Positions 24,233 through 36,159 of a DNA stretch of 64,000 nt are shown piece by piece. Origin of the DNA: Takakia lepidozioides (lineage: Eukaryota > Plantae > Bryophyta); NCBI GenBank assembly GCA_030704615.1, contig CM060734.1, positions 61,628,001 through 61,692,000 on the forward strand. Direction: 5' to 3'. Each line of letters begins with the position of its first letter. Within the stretch, counting starts at the first letter, position 1. The notes beneath the pieces were generated by a model, which was not told the DNA's origin, did no database searches, and saw nothing but the letters and a program-made list of their open reading frames with translations. Position numbers and translations under genes: made by a program.

Positions 24233-25233
24233 AAAACATACTAAGAAATGATATACAAAGGTTAAATATATCCAATATATTTTGTTATTTTAAACTATCA
24301 TTAACACTTTTCTTAACTTATGAACTTGATATCAATCTATGAAGCGAGACGTTTGTTTTGTTTTGTTTTGTTTTGTAGCATCGTTGAGATCTCCCAAACC
24401 GTGGGGGCCCAGCGCGGGTACTTGGTGCCATTGGAAAGCCCTCGACGAGGAGGGGTGCACCGGCTTGGTCTCAGGATTTTTGGACAAGCGGTGTGGGAGA
24501 TGTGGAATTCCAAGTACTTTTGGTCGCTGGAAATTCACAAAAAATAGCAAAAATGGCAAAGTGGGCATTCATATGACAATGGTTGGAGCCTCGACGGGAG
24601 AGATATCAATGGAAAGGTCTCCGGTTCAAATCTGGTCGTAGGATCTGTGGAAAAAAACAAACTTAGATGACATTGGGCCGTTGGAAATTCGGGAAAAATA
24701 GCAAAGTGGGCATTTATGGGAGAATGGTTGGAGACAACAAGGGAGAGGTCTCCGGTTCAAATCTGGTCATAGGCTATGTGGAAAAAAAAATGATTAGATA
24801 TGGCTAAATCATTAGACTTAGATGACTTAGATGACATTGGACAATTGGGCCAACGGCACAGGCTACCCTAGAGGTTGCATTTGGGCATCAACAGAGGAGA
24901 CGCACTTGGATACATAGGAAATTACACTTGATTTTAGATTTCAATTCTACACACATGGGCCAACGGCAAGGCTACACTAGAGGTTGTGCTTGGGCCTTGA
25001 CTTAGGAGATGCACTGGGATACATAGGAAATTGCACTTGATCTTAGATTTCAATTCTTCACACATGGGCCAAAGGTACAAGCTACCCTAGAACTCGTACT
25101 TGGGCCTCAACACAGGAGATGCACTGGGATACATAGAAGATCTTACACTTGGTGGTTAGATGACACTGGACAATTGGGTCAACGGCAAATGCTACCATAG
25201 TCAATATATGAAGCGAGACGTTTGTTTTGTTTT

Positions 25234-25318
25234 TGTCGTGCGCATATGTATCGCTACACAACTACATCGCTGTCCAAACCACACCACACATATATGCACA
25301 ATAAAATAGTCTGCCACA
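25234..25318. repeat. Repeat A, copy 1 (85 bp, TG...CA)
   Basis: tgtcgtgcgcat...ctgccaca; near-identical to 25673-25757. Confidence 0.95.
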
Positions 25319-25319
25319 A

Positions 25320-25670
25320 TGATATGAAAACTAAACTCACACTGTTGACACAGAAACACGAAATACAACACAATCACTCGTTAGAATAAGAGTCAAGCCA
25401 GGGGCACCCCAAGCTATGGGGACTCCACCCCACAACATCTTACTCTCCCTCCATAAGTACACTCAGATGCTAAGCAACGAGGGAGCTCGGTCGTGCAGGC
25501 TCAACTTGAGAGAGATGAGCCGCACGACTGACGAGCTCGTGAATATAAGATGGTTCAGGTGTCAAGCTAAACTTGACACCTGACTTAACACTTGAACTAA
25601 TTCCAAGTGTTAAATACAAATAACTAGATTTATTCTAGTTAGTTTCACACTGTGTTTATTTAACTTGACA
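25320..25670. repeat. Repeat B, copy 1 (351 bp, TG...CA)
   Basis: tgatatgaaaac...acttgaca; about 10 substitutions by eye versus 35518-35868. Confidence 0.95.
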
Positions 25671-25672
25671 GC

Positions 25673-25757
25673 TGTCGTGCGCATACGTATCGCTACACAA
25701 CTACATCATTGTCCAAACCACACCACACATATATGCACAATAAAATAGTCTGCCACA
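25673..25757. repeat. Repeat A, copy 2, adjacent to the polypurine tract
   Basis: Duplicate of 25234-25318. On the minus strand ctaggggggcgat (PPT) directly precedes tgtggcag. Confidence 0.95.
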
Positions 25758-26014
25758 ATCGCCCCCCTAGCTGGTGGTTAGGTCCCTCTAACTCCAGAAA
25801 GCTACAAGATGTAATAGCCACAGCCGTACTAAGTCCTCTATCACTGTCCCTATTGTACTCAAACTCTATAGACCAAGAGGTCGGGTACAAGAGTAGCCCC
25901 ATCGTTAGTCGCCGTCTTGCAATCCATGAACTTGAGCCAGGATCTCGTGTGTTGGTCTCCTAGTAGCTTGGCCTTGCATTTCTTATTAGCCTTCCATGGT
26001 TGTATCCACTCCCA

Positions 26015-26170
26015 CTATCCAATGCAATGCGGACATAACCAATCCCCATCAGGAACCATCTCAAGAGGTGGAGTCAAACATCCCATATGCCAACCTCTAG
26101 AGCATTGATCACACACCAGCATGGTGGCTGCCCCTCTAGCAGACCCACACAACATGCACCTCAAACTTGC
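26015..26170 (-). pseudogene. PHD finger at the C-terminus of the Gypsy pol
   Basis: CMLCGSARGAATMLVCDQCSRGWHMGCLTPPLEMVPDGDWLCPHC is a C4-H-C3 PHD pattern. Confidence 0.92.
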
Positions 26171-26339
26171 AGGTACCACTGCCAGGTTTGGGTCAATCCT
26201 GCCATCGACATTCGGAATGTGACATGGCGCGCAATTACCCACATGGTCCTTCCAAGTCATGCCATCCTGACCCTCCAAGATCAAGACGCCTGAGAGCAAT
26301 ACCTCTCGAACCCTCAAAATAACACGTCCTGCAGTCACA

Positions 26340-27240
26340 TCCAGGGTCGTTGGAGCAGTCTGCTACAGATAAACATAGTCACCAGGGTGAAATCTTCGAA
26401 CCCCAGGACGATAACCCCCACCACACGTATGGTAGCATACCTCAACGTATCACGATGTTGTGCAATGGCAAGGTTCTCGAAAGCCATGGGCATGACTTTC
26501 TTGAACAACTCCGCGCGCTGACTACATGCACGTCCCACACGTCCGGATCGTCAAGATTGAGGACTATTGCAGCCTCCCTGCGAATAGATGTAGGCAAGTC
26601 TGGCTCTCGGCCAAAGAGAAGGAAATAAGGTGAGAACGAGGCAAGTGATGCTTGCTTGCTAAACATGTAGCCCATGGCCAACCAAGGTAGCTGAAGGTCC
26701 CAATCTCCTAGGTGCATCTTCTGCAAACCATACTTGCGCAATCATCTCTTAACCGTTTGCACAACTCTCTCTGCCAAGCCATCGGCCTCAGAAGTAGTGC
26801 GATGGTTTGTCACACAATGCCTTAAACTCCCCCAAGAACTCTCTCCCTTGGTCCGTGAGTACCTCAGCTGGAGCACCGAATCGGCTAAGTACACGATCCA
26901 AGAATGCATACGCAGCCCCCTCACTAGCCTTATCAGGCAATGGAACCAATTCGATCCACTTGGAGAAGTGCTCCACCATCACCAACACGTACTTGTTGTG
27001 GCGCATGGTCAGTGGCAACGGCCCTGCGAAGTCTAGACTCCACTTGTAGCCCAATCCCATGATTGGAAGAGGGTGCAATTGTGGTGTAGGGGCATTGAAT
27101 GAAGCACGCACCCTGTCACACACCATGCATCTAGCCACAAATTGTTGTACCTCTGTGTGCATACCACGCCACCAATACTACCCCTGTAGTAGACTATGAG
27201 TGCGTCGCACCCTAAAATGCCCCAACTCCTCATGGGCATG
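26340..27240 (-). pseudogene. DDE integrase (zinc-binding + core), frameshifted
   Basis: CMVCDR, WSLDFAGPLP, VMVEHFSKWIE, EVLTDQGREF, DGLAERVVQTVKR, FSPYFLLFGREP. Confidence 0.92.
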
Positions 27241-27615
27241 CCGCACTAACCGTGCCCGCTGTGTTGGGTGAGGCACAATCCTCACTCGACCATCCTCTCA
27301 CACTCGGAGCAGGTATATCCCCTCCCACTTGAACCTCTTGGTTCGTTGTAGGATCTGATCCCTCTCCTTGGCAGTCACAGTGGTTGTCGTGTCTCCAGTG
27401 CGGAGATAGTCCAACACAGCTGAATCCTCATGTATATCTTTGGTGCCACCTTGCTCATTGCTGGCCTCAGGGTCTTCAGACACTCGGTATACAATCATCC
27501 CTGTTGTAGGTCCAACCTGGCCTTCCGCTGCCAAGATACACAGAAATGCAGATGCATGCCATCCGAGCACCATCTCCTCATCCGTCTCACCATGCCACCG
27601 AGCTCCAGTGTCATC

Positions 27616-28986
27616 CTACTGGCTCCTGCATGGATTGTGACTCAACCCATCCGCATCCCAGTTGACCAAACCCGGTCGATGCACAACTTCAAAGTCATAC
27701 TCTTGAAGTATGAGTGCCCATCGTGCAAGCTTCCCCGTAAGCTTGTCTGACTCCATCAACCACTTGAGTGGCTGGTGATCCGTGATAATGGTGAAGAGAT
27801 TGTTGTATAGATAACACCTGAAGTGTGCCACGGCCCACACTGTAGCTAAGCACTCTCCCTCATATGAGCTATACTTAGCCTCTGCAGCATTGTTCGAGCG
27901 GCTAGCATAAGCCACTACAAACTCTCTTCCCTCATCATCCACCTGTGTGAGCACCGCTCTAAGCCTCAGCATGCTCCAATTTGTATGCAGCTGAAAAGGA
28001 CGCCCCCTGATAGGTCGTCTCAAGATGGGTGCCGAGGTCAACCTCGCCTTGAGCTCTTGAAAAGCTCGTTCTTGCTCATCTTCCCACTGCCACTCCTGGT
28101 CCACCTTGGTCAGCTTGGTTAGAGCCTTTGCAATGGCACTAAATCCCTTGACAAACCGTCTATAATAGTTTGCCAACCCCATGAAAGCTCGAACTCGGCT
28201 TACATCCGTGGGGCGTGGAATCTGTGCAATGGCCTCTACCTTAGTTTGTTGTACCCCCAATCCTCCAGGATATATCATGTGACCCAGATACTCAATCTGG
28301 TTGTGGAAAAACTTGCACTTCCCCGGATATAACTTCAATCCGTGCGCCCTCAAGCGCTCACATACCACCTGAAGGTGTCTCTCATGCTCCTCCACCGTAG
28401 CACTAAAGATGATGATGTCATCTATGTAGCACCGAGCAAACTCCACCCCTGCTAGAATCCTATCCATGACTCTCTGAAACTCTACAAGAGCGTTCTTAAG
28501 CCCAAATGGTAAGAACCGCCACTGGTATAGGCAATCCTTCCCGTGCTCATTGATCCCCCAGAATGCCGTCTTCTGCTTATCTGCCTCATTGATCGGCAAC
28601 TAGTGATATCTGGATCGTAAATCCAAAGTGCTAAAGACCTTGGCATGCCCAATGGCATCAAAGATCTCCTCTGGTGTTGGCATGGCATACCTATCGGACT
28701 TGGTTTGACGATTTACAGGCCGGTAATCACCGCACATACGTCTCTCCGTCCAATTGCTATAGACATCCTTCTTGGCTGAAACATACTCTCCTCCAGATAG
28801 CTCCACCAAACCAGCCTCCCAGAGGTCCTGAGTCCTCATCTGAATCAAGGACCTCTCCATGTCACTGTATCTATAGGATCTCCGAAAGATTGGCGTGTCA
28901 GTGGCCAATTCAATGCAAATCTCTTGACCCTTCAGTGCTCCCAAGTCCTTCAAACTGAAGGCAAAGCAGTTCCTATAAGCCCTCAA
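27616..28986 (-). pseudogene. Gypsy reverse transcriptase + RNase H (one in-frame stop)
   Basis: RMCGDYRPVN, FSTLDLRSRYH, KTAF, LPFGLKNA, YIDDIIIF, FMGLANYYRRFVKGF, VVAYASR, YSSYEGECLA, TDHQPL, ADGLS. Confidence 0.95.
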
Positions 28987-29419
28987 GAACCGCCGTATAC
29001 GTCCTCTCTCTCCTCCGGTGACTATGGGTCCAACATCAGGCTCCCAGTTGTCCTCCGTGACTGCAACCTTGAGTCCAGCAGGCTTAGAGGTAGAAGATGC
29101 GTCCCGTGGTTGCTATGCTGCAATCTCTTGAGCAGTCACCACTGCCTGCTCTGTCAGTGACAATGCCTCATTCTGCCCCATCATCTCATCCTTGAGGACC
29201 TCCTCAACCCGAGAAAAATCTCCAACCTCATCCATCACCGCCGCATTGGCTACCAACTCCCTCTGAATCTCGAGCACCTCCCACGTGTGCCATGGATATG
29301 GCATGCACCTCGTGGTCCTCACCTGTTTGCCCCCACTCGCTGCCTGTACCGTCTCGGTAGGCAAAGAGACTATCAAGGGAAGTGTACTCCATACTCTGCG
29401 CTGCTCAGCCATAGCCAAG

Positions 29420-30370
29420 CTGATAATCCAGGTCAAGCAATTGAGATCCATGGCTTGCCCCAACACCTGACGAGATGATGCCTCAGAAAGAGATGGCATC
29501 GCCATGGTACCAGTGGTAAAACCCATTGCCCGCTCGCGCTAGTCAGCATTGGGCTCCACTAACTGCTGCAACTGGCTATCCCACAAGAGGCCAGGTCCAC
29601 CATCCCGGAAAGCATGAGATCCTGGAAAGCTGAGCAGTGTAGGCAATGCTACTCGTGGGTGACCCACCTTATTGACCACTGCCAAAGGTGATCGGTCATC
29701 GTGTCTCACACGCTGAGACTGCCTCCCTATGTCCAAAATGCTATCCACCGTCAGATTTGGTGGCCGCTGCACCCTATCAAATGCACGCTTGAGCAGTGCA
29801 GGTGACATCAAGTTGGTCCACCATAGTCGTGGGCGATGAGCCCGTGACCCCACTGCAACTGCATCTAGCAACACTGCTGACCCAAGCCAAGACCGCATTT
29901 GATGTACACTGGCCATCACCTTGGCCCGAGAATCACCCATCAATGGCACATTCTCCAAGATATATGTCGGAGAGTCTGTCTGCTAAAGCTGTAAATAACG
30001 CAAGACCCTCAACATCTCCCAAAACAGGCGTGACTTTGAGTCTTGTAACCCATTGTCATACCCGGCTGATGAATGCCCTTGGTAGGGCCAACCTTCTACT
30101 TCCAAGTGAATAGGGCCAACCCGCTCCAAATCATGCGCCCCCTAGCAAAGAGATGTCTGCTGGTAATGCTTGTTGGTATCCACAAACTGCAGACACTGAC
30201 AACAAATTAGGGTACTGTTGCACCAACTGAGCAACATGGCGCAGTGAGACGCGTCGTGCAGTCTCATTCCTCTCCACATACAGGTAACGTTGAACTCGTA
30301 CACCTGCCTGCAGCACTGCAGCCAATCCAGTGCTGATCCCGCCAAACAAGTCCAGAAGGCATATGCCTTC
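29420..30370 (-). pseudogene. DNA (cytosine-5)-methyltransferase domain (DNMT3/DRM-like style) inside the retroelement pol
   Basis: Hand translation: motif I LLDLFGGISTG; II YLYVE; IV EGWPYQGHSSAG (PCQ changed to PYQ); V GLQDSKSRLFWEMLRVL; VI YILENVP; VIII HRPRLWWTN; IX RERAMGF; X RQVLGQAMD. Confidence 0.88.
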
Positions 30371-30749
30371 ATCCGGGCATTGCCACACAAGAGGTGTGGT
30401 GTCCAATGGTGACAACTGAGGTGGTCCTGGTGCAATCACTACACTCTCCTCCTCTCCTGACGGTACAAAGGCCTCTACCCAGGCTTGTTGCACCCGTCTA
30501 TTAGCAACCTGCTATAAATCCTTGCTCGTACCCCACAATGGAGTGTGAGCAACCATGGCAGGCAACTCCGCCGTACCATGCATGTCATCCTGCTCTGCTA
30601 GAGGTGGCATATCCTCTGCGTGGGCATTGCCCTCTAGCAACTCTCCAGGCCAACTAACTGCAGCTGTAAAGGCTGCTAGTGTTGGCATCTTGCCCCGCTG
30701 AGCAGCAGCAACACCCCCAATGAACGTCACAGGGAGCTGTACATGACGA

Positions 30750-33328
30750 CCATCCCCTGACTGCCATCCAGGCCTGTAGGATGCTGACTCCTCCCAAAAA
30801 TCCATGGTGAAGCCCATGGGATACAACACTGCCCCACCAACGAGGACATCGTAAAAGACCGCGTCTGTCACAATGGCCTTGGCTCGCATCACTGAGCCAT
30901 CTATAGGATGATCCGGCTGTAGTCTAATGACCAACTCACGTCATGTCATGCCCCGAGCTTGCTCTGATCCTGTCTGTATCTGGAAAGGACAAGGCTCCAT
31001 ATCCGCCTCCATGAGGCCAAAATCTGCAATAGCAGCTCTGCCCAACATCAGTGGCTAAGCTACCGAGTCCAACAAGACCCGCAGTGGCCGGTACCTCTTG
31101 CCTGCCGGTCCACTCAAAGAGAAAATGTCATCCTGGTTGTCTAACAAGACAGCTCCAGGTGTCACCATGGCGCGCTCAAAGGCTGGCCTAGCTGGCAGCT
31201 CTGTTAATCTAGCAGCTGCAACTTGCCATGGCGCAGCCGTGGCAGTCTTGACCCTCAAATCCAAGGATCTCTCTGCCACTACACCTTCCACTAACTCCGC
31301 AGAAGATGAAGTGACCTCCCCACTCTCACAGAGTGTTGCTGCTAGTCTGAACACTGCAGCTGGTCTTACACCCAGCATCGCAATCATGGTTGCCGAGAAC
31401 AGTGGGGCCTGTCACACAGAGGTGGCCGCCCCCAACAACACACTGGCTACACTAGCTTTGGCAGCAGGTGTCAGTGCTGCACGTGTAGCTCTCCCCAATG
31501 GCACAATAACGACCTCTGCTTCGGTATCCGTCGGGCGAGAACTAGGTGTCATGGATGTCGTTGACACTGGCTCCACCAAGATGAATGATTGAGGCAACCT
31601 AGCCTGACGGCTTGCCTCCCCACGCTGTGGATCCAACTCCACCTCTGCACCTCGTGGCTCAGGAACTTGTGTTGCTCTTCGAGTGATGGCTGCAACAGAC
31701 TCCACCTGCACTAGTGATAGTGTTGCTCCACACATAAATCCCATGCCTCTCATGTCTCCTCCGTCAGGATGACGCTGCTGAGGATGAACAGGAGGTGGAC
31801 CCTCAAGTCTTGGAGCAGGTACCACCTGAGTTGTGGCCATGGCAGCAAGCCGTTGCTCTAGATGCTGAAGCCGGTTGGCCATGCTTTGGTCAACGCCCTG
31901 ACCTCCACGTCCTTGGCCATACTGTGTTTGCCCTCATCCTGCACCTCATGCCTGACCACCTCGTCCTCTCTGAGGTGCTCCACCTCGCCCTCGGCCACCA
32001 TTGTTCCCTTGGAACTGGCCTCGCCGCAACTCAGGGTGCAAGTCATAACACTGGGCATCTCCATGCCCATACTTGCCACAATGCCCACACTGCAGCTGTG
32101 CAGGTTGTGCTTGTGCCGGCCCTTTGCCACTCTCTGGGCAATCTTTCTTGACATGGGGTCCTCCACATGTCCAACATACCACCCCTGGTTGCTATTGGCC
32201 TACAAAAGATACTACTGGCCTCTACACCTGAGGTCCCCTGTAAGCTCCATGGAATTTGGGTTGGGCAACCTTGCCCCCCTGACCACGCTGTTGGGCAGTC
32301 CCTTGTGCCTGTTGGCTAGTAGCTGCGCCTCGTGCAGGCATGTCCTTGCCAAATCCAATGGTAACAACTTGCTCCTCCACCATGTTGAGCTCAATCCGCT
32401 CAGCCAGCAGAAACACATCTGTTAATGTGGGTTGGGCCGCTTGTAACAGGGTTGCATCCCGCACCCTTCTCCTGAGCTCCTTGTCCAAATTTCCATACCA
32501 GAACTGGACTGTCTGAGCTTCAGTAACCCCTTGGGTCACACTTATCAAGCGCCTTATACGAGTGTAGGAAGCTCTTTCTGGATTTGCACTGGAAGTCTTG
32601 CAAACTTCGCAGCTTCTCTGTCCGTACGCCTTGGTAGTTCCTCCGCAACTCCTGGAAGAACTCCACCACCGGGTTGAATCTAGGCACATGTGTTGTAGTC
32701 ATGGCAAGAGGAGTAGTAGCACCTTTTGAACTGGTACCACCTGTAGAAGTACCGACACTACTTGTTCCACTACTAGTGCTGGCAGTGGGAGATATTGGTG
32801 CTGATGCAGCTACTGGTCGTGTCGTGCCTCGAGTAATGGAGACGTAGTCAGGTGACCAATACATCCTCCACTCCTCAATCTCTGCTTCATGTCCTCGCCT
32901 GAACTTGTGGTAGTCGTCCATAGGCGGGCATGGCCTTCCAAATGCTGGAACAGTTCTTTCCACGCCATGAATGGGATGAACAGCTGTGGATTGCGCATCT
33001 GCTGCATTTCACACCAGCTGTCGAACTCCTGGATAAAGTCATCCAGCTCGATTGTGCCCACAGCTCTAGAGTACCTACGAGGCCCCTTGGTAGCTTCATA
33101 TATCTCCTCCATGTCGTCCCACAACAATGGCAAAGGAAACTGCACACCTGATGATAAAGCCTCCGAGTCTGTGTCAGACTCTACACTAGTTGAGGGTGGA
33201 GGTGAAGGTGGTCTGAACCGAATACCTCGTCTTGTGAACCCACTCTCACTACTACTGCCTGTAGCCGTACTCCCTTCAAAACCCTTGGGTAACTCCGTGA
33301 TGTCACTCACAACCCGCACCTCCCCCAC
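30750..33328 (-). pseudogene. Gag (two CCHC knuckles) and aspartic protease, fragmented
   Basis: CWTCGGPHVKKDC and CGHCGKYGHGDAQC. Protease RVLLDSVA and YDVLVGG. Confidence 0.85.
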
Positions 33329-35517
33329 ATGACACTATAAGGCTCTAGTACTAATTCTAATAGTGACACGGGTGGGCACATGTTGCGGTTTAAGGGTTAT
33401 ATCCCAGTGGCTCAGGGCACCTGCACCTGCATCCACCGCAAGAACTCCTATGGTTGGCTGGTCATCAACCCAGTTTCACCATAGAAGAAACACTGGTGGT
33501 CTTGCTGGTCATCACTCCAGCCTCACCACCAACAACATACTCTAGGATTGACCAGTGATCAAATCCGGCCTAATCCCTATGAAAGCAAGTGCCCACACAA
33601 AACCAACATGGCGCACAGTCGCAAAGGTAATGTCTTCATTGGTATGCCAAGTTCCAGAATGATAACACCTTGTTCAAGCTGCTGTGATCAATGCCAGGTT
33701 ATCGTTATTGTATGAGATGGACCCCGTCTCCTGCCCTGCCACAAATCGTCCCATCTTGTAATGCCAGTACCCCAACGGCCTCATGCTAGACGGCACACAT
33801 ACAGATCGTTGGCTAGCGACGGCTGGACAACCCAAGTGGCTCCTTTGCATGACGTGTCGGGCTGCCAAACTCCATCCGATATGCTATTTCCTGTAGTTCA
33901 ATTTATCCCCTGTTTCATTTCGGCTTTGTGGCATGACTTTTTGCATGACACAGTGACCACAACCGGGATGGCTTTCCGCAACCATTCACGTACTGTTGGG
34001 CAAATATAGATCAGCCACAATAATAAGACCATCCCCACGTTCAATTCGTGATTTCCAAGGTGGTGCTAGTACCTTCATCGACCATTGCCTATACCCCAAG
34101 AGCAACCTGGTCTTCCTTCACTAGACCTGCAACGTTATATGAGATTCACCCTGTCTCACAACATTCCACCACTAACACGATCGCCTAGACCTGATGCAAG
34201 ACTTGATCGCAGAGCAGGCTATTGCTATGGGGCTGGTCCTTCCTTGTGCACATCTGCTATGCCTCTATCGGTGGTCATAACCGCATCTGGGCTCAATACG
34301 AGGGATCTGGCCCTTAGTATTCAGCCCCTGTGCAGAGGTGGGAAATTTGAACGTAGGCCTCGGTGCTCAAACTCCCAACAGAGCACTGTGCACACAGTGC
34401 GGCAGGCCGCAGCCCATCGACTTGCTGGTTTGGCTACTTAATGCCGTAAGCTCCCAACAGGGACATAATCATCATGGAATCGGCCACTAGTCGAGCGATA
34501 AAATCCCATGAGACCTTAGCATCTGGCCGAGCCTTCAAGTAGATACCTGAACTGGCCGTCTTCAAGCATTGCTAAAATACCACATTCATCACTACCATGA
34601 CCAGCAATAGCCGCCTTTTGGCCTCCTCTGTTCACTATCCGCTTCAATCGCGGCCAACCTACAAACAAACCAAGTTTTTTTTTTTTTTTTTTTTTTTTTT
34701 CTGAAAATGGCCACATTCAAAACTCGTCCCCAAAAATTAATGAATTGGCCAACGCCTTTTTATTTATTTATTTATTAAATAAATAAACTCGTCTTCAACC
34801 GTCTCAACACATGAACATCAACGTCGACTTGTTCAGCGACCAACAGTACTGACTCCACCAGCCTTTCGTGGCCCACTTTCAACAAGTTGTTTTGTTCTCT
34901 CACCAGCTTGCCAAGCAACAATGTGCCTTTGACCCTGTGTCTACACACATGACGGAAATGAAAGTATAAATAGCTCTAAAGGCAGGTGACGGCCATTGCT
35001 ACGATGGAACCAGAGTTGTGCCATGCCTAGCTTACGACACCAGCTCCAATGGTATGTCCCAATCGGCCATGCAACGGCAGCAGACCACAACAGAGTAGTG
35101 CGGGCCCCGAATCTTCCATTTCAGATCCACTCAACGTCTTATTCTAATCCAGAAGATTAAAATTTCTGTGAAGTACTTCGTGAGTGCCTGCAACCTCCTA
35201 TGGCCACAGAAACCAACAGGAAACGGCCGCCTCCAGCAGTTCACCCGTTCTTTTGAAGTTTGAACTCGTATTACAACCGAGAGCCAAATGGGCATCTTCA
35301 CAATGAAAACCAACGCAGCTTAACCACCATTACAACGGCTGTTGACTCTTGTCATTGGGTTGATCCAGAAGCCACCATATGCCAACACTCCCGAATAAAT
35401 ATCAAATTATACAGGTACAATACCGAGCTATAATATTATATTGCTTTGTATGGCCAACTCTCTGTACATATCGCTGTAACATGTTCGCACAGATAAGCCG
35501 TTTCAACTAGCGGCAAG

Positions 35518-35868
35518 TGATATGAAAACTAAACTTATACTGTTGACACAGAAACACGAAATACAACACAATCACTCGTTAGAATAAGAGTCGAGCCAGG
35601 GGCACCCCAAGCTATGGGGACTCCACCCCACAACATCCTACTCTCCCTCCATAAGTACACTCAGATGCTAAGCAACGAGGGAGCTCGGTCATGCAGGCTC
35701 AACTCGAGAGAGATGAGCTGCACGACTGACGAGCTCGTGAAGATAAGATGGTTCAGGTGTCAAGCTAAACTTGACACCTGACTTAACACTTCAACTAATT
35801 CCAAGTGTTAAATACAAATAACTCGATTTATTCTAGTTAGTTTCACACTGTGTTTATTTAACTTGACA
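35518..35868. repeat. Repeat B, copy 2 (5' end of the element in sense orientation)
   Basis: Near-identical to 25320-25670. Helitron host sequence resumes at 35869. Confidence 0.95.
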
Positions 35869-36159
35869 TTTTGTTTGTCACGTTGAGATGTCCCGAACCG
35901 CAAGGCCCCAGCCCCGGTGCTTGGTACCGTTGGAAAGCCCTCGACAAGGAGGGGTGCACGGGCTTGGTCTCAGGATTTTTGGGCATGCGGTGTGGGGGAT
36001 GTCGAATTCTAAGTACTTTTGGTCACTGGAAATTCAAAAAAAATAGCAAGAATGGCAAAGTGGGCAATCCTGGACAATGGTTGGGGCCTCGACGGGAGAG
36101 ATATCAAGGGAAAGGACTCCGGTTCAAATCTGGTCGTAGGCTCGGTGGAAAAAAACTTA

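Larger units (their letters stand above)
25234..35868 (-). mobile_element. Ty3/Gypsy retrotransposon with DNA methyltransferase and PHD domains and split direct repeats (degenerate copy)
   Basis: Domain order gag(CCHC)-PR-C5 MTase-RT-RNaseH-INT-PHD. Termini TG...CA, inserted in the (ttttg)n tract of a Helitron unit with tttt on both sides. Confidence 0.92.

Noticed and set aside
25234-25757. Independent TRIM with LTR A nested beside a Gypsy with LTR B
   Set aside because: The two would have to overlap by sharing B, the PPT abuts A rather than B, and host sequence is continuous only across the outer A and B ends.
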